Shown one piece after another: positions 26,417 through 40,100 of a stretch of DNA of 64,000 bases. The DNA lies in assembly GCF_964204865.1 (NCBI RefSeq), contig NC_135258.1, positions 9,052,001 to 9,116,000 on the forward strand, read 5' to 3'. Within the stretch, counting starts at the first letter, position 1, and each line of letters starts with the position of its first letter. The translations under genes were made by a program, and so were the position numbers. The notes under the pieces were generated by a model. That model saw only the letters and a program-made list of their open reading frames with translations, had not been told where the DNA came from and made no database searches. Source of the stretch: Styela clava (taxonomy: Eukaryota).

Positions 26417-28812
26417 AAAAAAACTAACCAACCAAGGCAAATCTCGCACAATATTTATTCTGAAACAATGAATTTAGGAAACAAAATTTGTATATTTCAG
26501 TTCTGATCAACTTATTTCCATCTCGATAGGAAGAATAAGTTACGTGTTATTTCACGTTCTCCAGGCCATAAATTGACTTTGATCCTGAAATTCTAAATAT
26601 TACTAATTTTACATGCTCAAATACAAATTTAGGCGAGGTTTAATTTACAGAAAATTGGCGACATATCCCGATTCTAATAGGAGTTGAAAGCAATCAAAAT
26701 TATTTATATTATCATGCAATTTCGTATTCGTATATTATTATGAGTGTCCGACTGAAGTGTAAACGAAAAATGTCCTGCTTCTTCCGCCCAATTAGGTTTA
26801 AAATGTTGGTGGAGACAAAATATATCGATTCTTAAAGAAGTTGAAAGCAGTTTAAAGTCTTCATATTGTTATGCAATTTTGTACGCTTTTATGAGTAACG
26901 TAATGTAGCCTAAATGCAACATTATGCATATTTCACTCAATTGGTTTAAAATTTAAGTGGCGATGCCTTCGTTTTGGTCAAACTACGTTGATACGGAAGG
27001 TTAAGTAATCTCGTACTTGTGCCTTAGCCAACCAGGCCATCGCTTACCCAAGCCCCTTAAATGGAGTGACGAAAGTCGGTAAGATATGCTGAACAACGAA
27101 AATTCAAAAACCAACAACACCTTACATAACGTCTTCTGAGTGTGTGAACACTTTAAAAATCATTGCGCCTGATTATAACCCCGAAATCGAATTGTGAGGG
27201 ATTTTACTACTTTTTTAAAAGTGTAATTGTGTAAATTGTTCGTTCAATATTGTTCAAACAATACATGCAAGTATGCACCGGAGTTGCATTATTGGTGTCC
27301 AATTTATTGCATGCGCGAAACATTCTATTAATAATCAACAATTTGTGCTATTACAAAAATAAAAAATTCTACTAAAAGTTTTTAGTAATTTAAAACATAA
27401 TATTTGTGTGCTTTTTGAATAATATACAAAAAATAAGATTCAGATACTTCAAGTCTCATTCTTGACTCATATGTATTTATTATAACAATTTTGTTCCCAT
27501 ACGATAAATAACACGCACAGTGTAGCAATTTCATAAGTTTCGCAATAGTATAGGTTCATAGTATAGGTCACCTAAAAAATCATGTGACTGGAAAGTTAAG
27601 AGTTGATATGTGCCTGTTTACTACAACTTTAGCTGTCAGAAATAGTCTGTTCGATTTTGATATATGTTGCATTTGCAGTGGTCAGTATTGTTTGAGAATA
27701 TTTCCAGACAATTTCAGACAAGCGTATAACCTGATAGGTCAAACTATAGGCATGGTATAAGTTGAAAGACGCATTCAAGGACATACTAAAAAATGATATT
27801 GAAAGATAATTAGAGACACTTTGCCTTTCTTCGAATGAAAAAATAATTTTGATTGTAATATATTGCCATTTTATAACATCTCTCGCAGATTTAAATAGGG
27901 AAATTATCTTATAGGCAAGCTATCTATTCAATATGCCGTAACAGGTATACACGACTGTGTGCGTACGTGTTCAGTTTCAAATCTGAACTTATTGATTACG
28001 GATGACTTCGTAACGTATTTAGACAGTTCTTTTCATTAAATATATCATTTAATTAATAATGAAGCCCGCAAAGCGAGATATTAGCCAGCGTTAATGAAAA
28101 CTTTTGAAGTTGCAACCTCTCAAGATGTTTATAAGTTCAATAAAATGCAGGCATTTTGAGTTCATGAGAAAACAAATATTTTAACAGTATGGAGAAATAT
28201 ACAGTTGAGAGCGTAGATAAAATATGATATATGTCACGTGTTTGACTACTAGTAATGACACTACTTCTGAATTTTCGATCGGTTTCAGATTTCAATGAAG
28301 AAATATATGTATTTTTTAGACCATATCGATACTGGCATTTAATTTCATATAGTTTGGAAATATAATGAATTTAGAGAAATTTTTTTTAATATAGAATGAA
28401 ATTGTTGTAGCTTATACAAAATACTCAATTAATAGAGTATTGATGTTAATTAAAAGTCGGTTTCCTTTGAGGTCATACAATGGTTTCTACTATTTTGCTA
28501 TAACTATGTTTTGCGGTACAGGTTACAAGGATGCGAATACCAACGGTGATCATTGCAATTGGACATATTTATTGCTATTCCAGATTACAATCATGGTTTG
28601 TCTAGTGGAAGCCTATAATAACATTACCTAATCTGGGTGTGTACGAAATTAGGAATATGTGAGGAAAATAATCTTATCTTATCGGGTTATTATGCATGTC
28701 TTATTCAGAACAAATGTATGAAATATAATTAAGTTTACAATAAACTTGCTGAATTGGTAGAAGTGAAATGAATGTTCTGTAACGTAACTTCTGTGCTAGC
28801 GAATAGACAAAT

Positions 28813-31800
28813 ATGTCTGAAAAAACAGGATCGTCTCCACAAAGTTCTACATTCTCAATACAGGGAGAAGAGGTATGTTGAAAAAATTTCCCCGTGTTTG
28901 TTGTAAAATTGCGCTGTGTGTATCTGCGGCCGTTTAAAATTTATCGCTTTGATGTTCTAATAATAGAACCTTCAGCAAGCCACAACAGGTGTTCAACAGT
29001 ACAGTGTCGCTTAAGTTTCGAAAATTCTGTATTCTTTATCGTTGTGGTGAGTCATCAATAACATATATGGATGATGAACGAATGCATTGCAGTTATGCAA
29101 AAATCATTCAATTTTATTTTTTTTCTCACATAGAATCAACCACAAAGAAAGGGTCTTGGTGTAGTGACAGCTTCAGTGTTCATTGTTGGAGCAATATGTG
29201 GGAGTGGAGTATTGGCTGTCCCACAGGCTATCGTTAACATCGGATATATAGGTAAGTAGAATTGAAGAGTTATTTAGGAACGAAACTTTTATTTCACCGT
29301 TCTCATGTCTAGACGCAAACTCAAAATCTCCAGAAATGTTCAGTAAAGTTGGACCCATTATGAAACGTTTTAATAACCTACTGAAGTTGCTTTCATACTA
29401 ATATTTTTCCGTTTTGACTGATTCCTGTTCCAACAGGTCCTATCGTTCTCGTTGCCTGTGGACTTATTTCTTCATATACCGGCAGCATCCTCGGGAGATG
29501 TTGGACATTACTTCGTGCTCGATATCCCGAATATGAACACGAGAGAATTACTGATCCGTATCCAACCATAGCTCATAGAGCAGGAGGAAAAGTTGCCGAA
29601 ATTGCTACAAGAGTTTGCATTGATGTTACGTTATTTGGAGGAGGTAAAGTAAAAATGAGACGAATCACCGGAATTAAAGTGGCACATTTTTTTGTGCACG
29701 TATGCTGCAATTGTCTGAATACTTGCATTTAGACATAAAACTAAGATATATGTATCATGAATCCTTTTTTGAGTAGTATTAGAATAAACATAGGCGGCTT
29801 TAAATGATAATAACACTTTCGAGCAATCATGAGAAATTGACTATTAGAATATATGAAATAACAATTAATGAACGACAATTTAAACAAATACAAAAAAAAG
29901 AGTAAATATTAAAATATTTTGCAACATTCCGGCATATCTTAGATTCTTTTTGCGGTGAGAATATTATTACCACTTGTGCCTATTTTATTACTTATATCAC
30001 CCATGCAAGTCTGTCAAAGCAACTAGTTTATTTGCAAATCGGTATTGAATAACATTTTTTGCGAATTTTGACGAGTAATATTCGATATTAATGCATACAG
30101 TATGAAGTAATATTATGTATTTGTATTTCAGCCACAGTGTTCCTTCTGTTGATAGCGGGCAATATTTCAAATCTGATTGCTAATCTTGGCGATAAACAGT
30201 TTTCTCTTTGTTATTTATTACTTATTGTTACTGGAGTTCTTACTCCTTTCACGTGGCTAGGAACTCCAAAAGATTTTTGGCAAGCAGGAGTAGTGGCTGC
30301 ATGTACGAGTGTGATAGCATCATTTTTTGTATTTGGAAGTTTGATGACTGTAAGTATAAATTTTTCAATTTGTATCATAAAACAGCATTTTTCTGACAAT
30401 TGTTTTTAATTTTTCATAAGGCTATTCCAGACCTTCCGAATCCACAGCATGCAGCAACGCAGTGGTCTTTATTCTTTAGTGCATTCGGTACGATATTATT
30501 CTCATTTGGAGGAGCAAGTTGTTTTCCAACTATCCAAGTCGACATGAAACAACCAAATAAATTTCCCGTATCTGTTGTAATTGGAATATCAAGTAAGCAC
30601 GAGTCAAAGAAATTGTATAGTTAGTTTAAATGAATGTAAATAAGAGTTGAGCTGTTTTTCGGAACTTCTAAAAAACTAACCAACTAAAAATATTCTACGA
30701 ATTACACTTCTTTTAAACAAACTATCTGGCACATTGATCCAATAACAATGAAGCAAATCTTGATATATATAGTCTAGTTTAGCTATAATCGACGCGTGGC
30801 CCAATAAAGTACACGTATACTTGGAGCAATGACCTTTTGATCTGCCCTCGAAGTTAAATTTGTTATCATCGTGTTTTACTGAAACTTGTGCTTTTTTTTC
30901 TATTTTTTTTCTTTCTTGTAAAACTGGTATCGAAAATTTCAATTCAACCCACTGAACGTATAGAACAGTGTTTCCCAACCCGAGCCCGCGGTCTCAAATG
31001 AGTCCGCGGAGCGTTTGAATGATTCCGCAACGAGCCAGAAATTCAGCCACGTTGCGATTTACGTTAGAATTTACATAAAACATTAAAAAGCAAGTTTAGT
31101 AACATCACATTTATCGAGTCAATAATTACTGGTTACTGAGTATATCTGGGCATATATTCGAATATTCAACTATTGGAATAGCAATTTACTATTCGAAAAT
31201 TTGGTAACAGGTGACGCGATAGGTCACTTGCGCTCAATCAGACGATTGGATTTCACGGTGACCGTGCACTTGAACCCACGTACATTTGAACCCAGGTGTA
31301 TATCCACGGGTTCAATCTATATGCGGGTGCTAAAACCCATGGGTTAGGGTTAGTATGGGTTCAAATATCCGTAAAACAAAACAAAAAATTTCCTCAGGTG
31401 CAATAGTATGCAGGTGCAGTTGTCGTGGGTTCAAATGTACGTGGGTTTAAATGTAATGGAACCGGGTTTCACAACTCACTTGCGGATTTCCGACGAAAAC
31501 ACAAATCTCCACACGCTTCGATAAATACCTAAGTGGTGTTTCTCGCGAGTTCTCACAACGAGGAATAATTTTTTTTCTTATCTGGTTGGTGTGGCTGGCC
31601 CAAATTTTCTAAATGGAAAAGCGGCAATACAAAATACTAAAAATAAAACGAAGAACACCATAAGTTTTGTTTTATGATGGTCCGCGACCGATTAAAAACG
31701 CTTTTTCGACATTGCAAATCGCAAAATTTTGGATGCTACCGTACCAGGACATTTCCCCTTAGGATTCTTTGCTTTACTGCCGCCACATTGGTACACGTAC

Positions 31801-34288
31801 AGTACTGCCGTAGGCGTTGTACGAACAGCTCAGATTTGACGAATTCACAAAAATACGAATCAAAACAAAATATAATCGGGCACTTTACCACGCATTTTTG
31901 TGTCGTGAGTAGTATCGCTTTTATTTCGTCAACACAACCGCAGATTAAAATGATCACAATAAAATTAATAATAAACCATGGCGATGAATATGTATTTTTG
32001 ATTTACTAATATATATACTTTAAATATATTTTTAATGAGTACTAAATCAAGTTGCACTTTCTAAAAATTTATAGCAGACAGTAAGATTTTTCTAACGGCG
32101 ATAACAAATTAGCAAGATCGCAAAAAATATGTATCAAAACTAAGTATAATCGGACAATATATTCTCACATTATTATGTTCACCGATTGCCATTGTATTTT
32201 AGCGAAGTAATGCTTTCATCTTGTCATAATTCGACGCAACCGCGAATTATCATGAACACAATTAAGTTAAAATAGGAATACATCTTAAATTCTCGTCGTT
32301 GTCATGGTTGAATTTTGTGCGACAGAAAAGGCCATTGTTGAAATTCGTTAAAATTCTGTTGTGTTCGGTTTTATTGCCTGTTCACACAGAGTATACGGTT
32401 GTAATAAACGCACCTTGAGTCCGCAAAGGGTTTCGCCGGTGAGAAAATAGTCCGCGACCAAAAAAGGTTGGGAAACGCTGGTAAAGAATGAAGTTGGGGA
32501 TGATGTATTCAAAAATAAACGAATCAAAGATATACTCGCTAATGCAAATATAAATAAAGGGACCTCCTGAAGTATGCGCACCAAGATGGCGCACAACCTG
32601 AACTCAGGTTGTGTACCAGGTTAGGGTTCAGGTTGTGCGACATCTTGGTGCGCATACTTCAGGAGTACCAAATAAAGATTATTCTATTTAGTTTAAGGGT
32701 CTCGAATTAAATAGAATATTCATTTACACTCTTGCCACAGCATCCTTGCGTTATACACATACGGATCCACCTGCGCAAAGGCATAGAGCAAGGAAAAGTA
32801 GTTAGTTTCACGTAACCCCAACTGTTAGATAAATAAAGATACACTGGTTCAATTATTGGTAGTGGTTTGTGCGTAATAGAATTTGAATTACTCGCAGTAA
32901 ATTAATTAGGCTACAAACTAATTGAGTAATAATATATATATACTTTGTGACATACAGACTTCAAGCCAATGAAACCAATACTATCCAAAAGTTCTCCTTT
33001 AATCACCTGTAGTCACTCATTATATATATTTTTTATCAATAATTTCAGCCGTTCTGGCAGTTTATCTTCTTGTGGGACTCACTGGATTTTTTGTTCTTGG
33101 TGATGACATGGAACCAAATGTTCTCGATGCATTGCCTCCTGGATGGATGTCTTATACTGTTAACATTCTTGTTACATCACATCTTCTTATGGCGTTTCTT
33201 ATCGTAAGCAATCCTGTCAGTCAAGAAATTGAAGGATTTTTTAAGATACCAGACAGTAAGTTGTCTAATGAACATACGCGGAGAATAGTTGAAATTCTTG
33301 CAAAAAAATACGAAAAGCTCAAATCTTTTTCTGAAAACATGACTCATCTTTGTTCAGGTTTTGCATCAAAATAAAGTAAACATTAATATATGTTATGTGC
33401 AACTACAGAATTTCGATATATTAAAAATGAATTACCTAATATTCAAATCCCTCACTTCATAATAATATAGAAGTGGTCAGAAGACCTATATTATACTATT
33501 TTTAACTTTAATGATTTTGGTGGTAACTCAACATTTACTATTCGATTGGTCCCAGTTATTTTATTTGGAAAAAATGTCTGTGAGATTATGAGCAATTGAT
33601 TTAAACCAAACATAAAATAATAGTCAGTAACTGACATCATTATTTTCATTATTTTGTTCGTTTTTATTTATACTTTTCATATATTTTTGTTTAATATGTT
33701 AGATTGTAGAGCCATGATACAAATTAGGCCTTGTAGAAAGTCTTAAACTCTTATCAATATTATGAATATTGTTACAAAATAAACTAATCTGATCTCATTC
33801 TATGATTACTTTTCACAGAATTTGGCGTCAAGAGAATACTGGTTCGAACGTCGTTGTCTGGAATGGCAATGTTTGTTGGTCTCACTGTTCCCCACTTTGA
33901 CATTATTTTGTCGTTGTTGGGAGGTTCAACAATAGCTTTAACCAATTTTATTTTTCCGCCTCTGTTCTACCTTTTGTTGTCGAGACAAAGAACTCCTTCT
34001 GCCGCTCATGGTCCTCTTCCATCATACATACAGTCTTCAATAGAAACCACCTCGGATTCAACATCACTGCACCCTCAACCTCACGTTCAATCGAGAGAAG
34101 AAGATCCTGCACAGCCAAGTTGGATGCAAGTTGATTTAGAGTTGCATATTAAAGTTATTTTAATAGAAATCATATTGATTGGTATAGTTGGAGGTGTTTC
34201 TTCCACTTACTTTTCATTTGCTTCTCTCGTTAACGGAGATTCCGGTTTTACAGTTCCTTGCTACGTCAATGTAAGCGTTGGGTTGTAG
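28813..34288 (+). CDS. Amino-acid transporter T4, 483 aa; exons 28813-28872, 29134-29251, 29437-29643, 30132-30349, 30421-30592, 33049-33255, 33819-34288
   Basis: GT-AG introns, conserved exon sizes. Motifs: GAICGSGVLAVP, FSFGGASCFPTIQ. Intron 5 is expanded by TEs. Confidence 0.92.
30966..32480. mobile_element. Non-autonomous hAT element in T4 intron 5
   Basis: TIRs CAG(T/C)GTTTCCCAACC, 8-bp TSD gtatagaa/gtaaagaa. Confidence 0.85.
31257..31463. mobile_element. MITE family C nested in the hAT element
   Basis: TIRs built from TACATTTGAACCC units, 9-bp TSD ggatttcac/gggtttcac, internal GGGTTAGGGTTAG. Second copy at 36581-36783. Confidence 0.85.
32560..32669. mobile_element. MITE family A (110-bp hairpin)
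   Basis: Near-perfect inverted repeat, perfect 8-bp TSD aaataaag. Confidence 0.9.
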
Positions 34289-34334
34289 AGATGCAAGAAG
34301 CTTAACAAGCAAAACATATAAGCATTGAAATTTT

Positions 34335-34445
34335 GGTGCTCTAGAAGTATACGCACCAAGATGTCGCACAACCTGAATCCTAACCGGTACGCACCTACTA
34401 TGTTCAGGTTGTGCGCCATCTTGGTGCGCATACTTCTGGAGGTCC
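34335..34445. mobile_element. MITE family A just downstream of the T4 stop
   Basis: Hairpin, TSD gaaatttt/gcaatttt. Confidence 0.85.
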
Positions 34446-36321
34446 GCAATTTTATATTTTAAACGTTGAATATTTGAACTTGACTGCAATACTAATATAA
34501 TATTTAACATTGTATTTCTTTTACCCTAATAACTATTATTATAAATTCAAAACACGTTTTTGTGATAACGTATGAGAGACTATGTTTTATGTTATCAAAA
34601 TCACAAGTGCTCACCCTGTCACCAGCACTGAACGAGGCAATAAAGTTGCAACGAGTTTTTGCAAATTTTTGAAGTTTTTCGTGAAAAAGTGTTTATAGCT
34701 GTCCAATGCGAAAGACGTAACAAGGCCTCTGCAGATGTCAGATATTTCCAACCCACTATTTAAAAAAAAGTAGGGTTATTTGACTTGAAGTCCATTGATA
34801 TTGTAACGTATATACTGAGTTTTTCAGTTTTATAGTTCACAGAATTAACGATGTTTCGAAGTTGATAACGGATTTTTGGATCTGTATAATTAGAAAGCAT
34901 GTCGAACAGTCATATTTGACAAATAAAATATCGTAAGCAAATCTATTCAGTGCAAGCGGAAAGAAAGTGACAATATCACTGGTGGGAAATTCGCAATAGA
35001 CCTAAAACGAACCAAGTTCCCATTGTGCACTATCTACTGCAGCAGATATCTGTTATGAAGAGATTTGAAAAAGTACAGCACTGCCAAGGACACAATAAGC
35101 TAGAACAGTCATCGAATAGGAGGCAATCAAAAGAGGGTTATTAAAAACAAAAACAGAGCAAAACTTTTGCGTGCTGACTTAAGTACAGATGTCATTTTCA
35201 TGAAGTCGACCATAATGCCACCTTTTCTTTTTGTGAATTGAATATATCTTAGGTCGACAAACGCTATGGGATTGGTAAGGCTGCTGTATTTATCATTGGT
35301 ACATTATGCGGAAGTGGAGTATTGGCAATACCACAAGCTATTGTAGATGGAGGATGGATAGGTTAATATTATTTAGATTTAATATAGATTTAATTTTATG
35401 TCTTTATTTCAATCTCAATGATTCACTCAAGTTGTGACCAATTAATTACCTTGTCTTACTATTGTATATACTAATCATGAATTCGTTGCCATACAGATGA
35501 GAAATAACTTCAACCGTATATACAATTTGTATATAATTCCCACTGTGTCAATGTTATTCAGTTCTCTGTGACTATCACATGAAAAACTAATTCTAATTAT
35601 AGTTCACGCAATCATGGAAAACCCTTCTATCTTTCTTGTAATCAATAGCACGTGACTAAATTCTAGGTTATACGTAAGTGGTTGTATTGCCAATTTATCA
35701 AAGTATTTGCCGCGTTTACGCTATTTAAATTAAAAAGGTTAGTTTTCATCAGCTGCAAAATTGCAGAACTTCGGTGCGACATGGTACTATTTCTACCGGC
35801 ATATCTTTAAAACCTTTTTTTGGTTTTAACCTAATTTAAGTATTTTTTTATTTATTTTTTTTTTTTTTTTTATTTATTTTATTTATTTGTACACGCCTTT
35901 AAAAACAGCAATAGGTATCATTTTTTTTCTCATATCTCCACTATTGTTGTATTCATCTACCTTCTTAGTACGAAGCACAACCTTTATAGGTGGAGCGGGG
36001 ATGGGAGGGGGGGGGCTGAAAAAAACAAGCCTCACCTTATGTCTAATTCTGAAGTTAACTTCAATAAGGTATTGAAATACAAGAAAGTAAAATTGTGATA
36101 TCATATGAATCATACAAACAGCTGACATTCATAGCAATTAATTACTTACCAGTAGTTTAGTTTAGGATTTCAATGAAATGACCCCATGGCAAATATTATA
36201 CTCAGCATATTTCTTCTGTCAGCATTTCATGTGATTCAAGTGCACTCTCGGTCATAATGAACAAAGAACAATTTGCTACTGTATCATGGCTATACATAAA
36301 CTGAGTCTTGTTGGATTACAT

Positions 36322-37120
36322 CAGGGTCGTCCAACCCGCGGGCCACATGTGGCCCGCCGTAAGTTTCCGAGTGGCCCGCGCACTATTATTCGAATCCCAA
36401 TGTCTTTCACAAATCTAGGCGGCCATTATTGCAACCTCTGATAAAAAAATTATTCCTTGTCATTCAAACGTGCGAGAAGCCCCACTCAGCTATCGGAAGC
36501 TTATTCAAGTCCCATTGTAAGCGTTATTGCTGGAGAGGGATGTTTGAGTTTATTTTTATCGTGTGCCAGGTATTTCAATCGGTTCCATTACATTTGAACC
36601 CACGTACATTTGAACCCATGACAATTGCACCTGTATGCTATTGCACATATGGAATTTTTTTTGTTTCACGGATAGTTAAACCCATACTAACCCTAACCCA
36701 TGGGTTTTAGCACCCGCATATAGATTGAACCCGTGGATATACGCATGGGTTCAAATGTACATGGGTTCAAATGTACGTTCACCATTTCAATCTGTTTTCT
36801 GTCTTTTTCTTTGAAGCTAGAAGAGGCGGTTTTTATGATCTCAATATTTGACAGCATTTAGGCTACTTGTGGGAGCAAGTTTTTTGCTGATGAACCAATT
36901 CAAATCCCCCGTGAAATCACTAATTTCTAACAGTCATATGAAAAATTCGCTATGAATTGCTTCATCGTCCATCGCAGCAAATATTGACAAACTTATTGGA
37001 TAAAAGCGGTGTCATACTTGACAATAAAATATCTATGTTTTGTAAAAACTTTCGACTTAACTGTATCTTCATGTTTTTATAATTTTGGTGTTAGGGCTTT
37101 GTTTGTTGTTTCATAAATCT
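36322..37120 (+). mobile_element. Truncated hAT (Buster/GTF2IRD2-like) element with a transposase C-terminal relic
   Basis: Left terminus CAGGGTCGTCCAACCCGCGGGCC. ~36860-36995 reads YLWEQVF/LMNQFKSPVKSLISNSHMKNSL*IASSSIAANIDKL, resembling the hAT dimerisation region. Absent from the T6 paralogous intron. Confidence 0.75.
36581..36783. mobile_element. MITE family C nested in the hAT fragment
   Basis: Perfect 9-bp TSD atttcaatc, internal CTAACCCTAACCC. Confidence 0.9.
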
Positions 37121-40100
37121 AAAGTTTTTTTGTGTGTGTTTATACGACATGCCGTTGATATGATGATATCTTAAGCAACTCAAATGGAGTCAATTTTTGT
37201 TTAAAACCGGATTATTTCATGTCCGGTTTGTTACATACAGAAACTCACGGTATATATAAGTTTGCTTGCATATATGACGACCAAGTTTCAATTGCTGTTT
37301 TAAAATATTTTCTAACATGAACTATTGTTTTATTGTCAGCAATGCCTTTGCTTGTGGTATGCGGTCTCGTATCAGCATTCACCGGAACTCTTCTGGGAAA
37401 GTGTTGGATTATACTGCGAGAAAGATATCCTGAATATGAGGCAAATAGAGTTACCGACCCCTATCCAACAATTGCGTTTCGGGCAGCAGGAAAAGTTGGA
37501 GAATATGCAACAAGAGTTTGCCTATGGCTCTCTATTCGGAGGAGGTAAGATAAAACCAACAGAAAAATAAATTGCTTCAAAAAGTTGTGACCTAAACGTA
37601 GTAGGGCTAATAATCCTGTAATCGCACTGCTGTTTAAAAGGTTTGCCACATATATAACGGTTTAAATCACTAAGCGTATCGGGAACTGTTGTGGCTTTTT
37701 TTAAATAAACTACGTTAAGTTGCATTCAATCTGTAATAACTTCTACACTTTGTTGTTATCTATTTTCCATACCCAAATTGGATCAGTGACCGAACGAAAA
37801 ATCATATGGTTCTTCATATAATTAAGACTTCCTCTCGGCTTTATTATCGTTTAAAAAAAATATAATAAATATCTAATTCTACAGGTTAATAGTAATCACG
37901 GGCTCAAGTAACTTCTAATATACGCCATTTCCATCTTACTGTAGATCACAACTAACTTGTAGTCAGAACAACAGTTACTGTTATGTATGACAGCTATAGC
38001 TAGATTTTATATCTTTCCTATCAGGTACAGTTTTTCTTCTTTTGATTTCCGACAACACAACAAATCTTCTGCAGTCTATGGGTGGAATTCAATTTTATCC
38101 TTGCTACATGATGATGATAGTATTCTGCATACTTACCCCACTCTCTTGGATTGGAACTCCGAAAGATTTCTGGTATGCAGGTCTAATTGCTGCTGCAACA
38201 ACCACAATAGGAGCTTTGTTAATCGTAGCTGGAATAGTTCAGGTAAACTTCATCATTCAGCACATGATGAATATTTAAATCCGGTCTGAAATAATTTATT
38301 TTTGAAATTAGATTCATTCTTAAAACCTTTTCGTATTATTATCAGCGCCTTTTAACAAGTACAATTAAAACCAGTAGGTTGTACTTAAATATAAGCACAC
38401 TGCATTTTCAGAGAAACTCGATTTTTATTATCCCATCTTTCATAGGAGTTTGTTGGCCCAAATCCTTACTGATGTTTTAATATGAAAGAAAAATATCAAA
38501 ATGCCGAAATACTAACCTATTACAAAGTGAGATGCCTGAGTAACGACCGTCGCCGATTTTCATGTCTATTTGTTTAGGTTGTTTTGTTACTTGTTTCCCT
38601 TCTCTTTTGGTGGGTGAACACGTGTGATGCATTTTAAACTTATTTTTAAGTTTTGTTCATTCCCAGATTGGTCGCCTCAATTTTTTTGTGTGTGTATTAC
38701 TTTATTTTTGCAAATGTATCAAAATAAATTTTATCTATCTGATGCATTTCAGGATGCGCCCGATCATGTTGATTCATACAGACCAGAACCAACAGCCTCG
38801 TCGTTTTTCAATTCATTTGGAGTTATCGTTTATGCGTTTGGTGGAGCTAGTTGCTTTCCTACAATACAAGTTGATATGAAAAATCCAAATAAATTTAATA
38901 CAGCAGTTGGTTTGGGAATAATTGGTAAGTAGGTAACTAAATCATATACTCCGCTAAATGATGCTCTTCAGCCCTACACGTATTCCAGATGTTAAACTTA
39001 TAGCATTGAAATCGTAGCAAAAGAGCATAGCTCAAATTTCGTTAGGAGCGTTTCACCGTGGAAATTGGCGGACCGGTAATGACGGATCCGTTCAAACATA
39101 TTATAAAGTGGGTATGGTGAAATAATAAGTGTTCAATTCAAACTAAAATAAAACGGAATTTTTTGATGAAATATCGAGTCCGACCCAAAGGGAATTTTAA
39201 AAAATTGAAAGTACAATAGCTTGCTAGCGTTTCAACCATCTTTAATGAAATTGATTCGTTCATTCGTTTTGGTCCATTTGTGCCCAAAAACGTCTCAAAG
39301 GTACATTTAGTGCCCAATAACTAAGCACGAAAAGTTGCTAGTAGATTTTATGTGTCATTTGAAGCGACACTGATTTTAGCAAATAAGAATAACGCATGTC
39401 AAATCAAGATATATTTCGCAATTAACGTGTTCCATATTTTTGTTGTCAATGAAAAGAAATGGGTATGAAATTGTAAATTTCTCTATTAACAATTCAGTTT
39501 TATGTGCAAAATTCACGATTTCTGGAACTCAGAACCGTCGTCAATGTCAATTTTTTTTTTAATTTCTAAAAATCCTCAGGTGTAATCTTTCTCTATTTCC
39601 CTGCTGGAGCTGCCGGATATTTCGTATTTGGCAACGACATGAAACCTAACGTATTATCTGCTTTGTCCCCTGGATGGATTTCGTACACAATCAACATCTT
39701 GATTACATCACATCTATTAATGGCATTCGTTATTATTTCAAATCCAGTGACGCAAGAAATTGAAGGTTTCCTAAATATTCCAGAAAGTAAGTTTTATGTA
39801 TGTAAATAACAATCGGAATTGATAGATTTCACAACCTAATGATATTTACTCCAAACCATTGTCATTTCCCTAGGCATCCCATATATACAGCGTAAGAATT
39901 ATTGGAAATATTTTCTTTTTATTGAAAAACAGATAATTCACTTCACATGTACTTAGCAAAATAAGTGGAATAAAATCATAATTATGGTACTGCACTTGTG
40001 AATTTAAAGGTGATCTCCTCCAACCTATTACCTTTCCTAAATATCTGTTGAGAAAGAGACTTATTAGTATAAAATCACAGAATCGCTGAAACTTTGATAC

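Larger units (their letters stand above)
22346..28671 (+). repeat. Arm A of a 6.3-kb inverted duplication (T3/T4 intergenic region)
   Basis: Reverse-complement copy at 42915-49211; mirrored ORFs in the ORF track. Confidence 0.95.

Noticed and set aside
31257-31463. TTAGGG tracts as interstitial telomere or chromosome-fusion scars; short repeats as CRISPR
   Set aside because: The tracts are only ~2 units long and lie inside TSD-flanked MITEs. There is no repeat-spacer array, and the DNA is eukaryotic.
35055-35140. Candidate T5 exon 1 (ATGAAGAGATTT...)
   Set aside because: The obvious donor is in the wrong phase and the only phase-0 donor is weak, so exon 1 is left unassigned.
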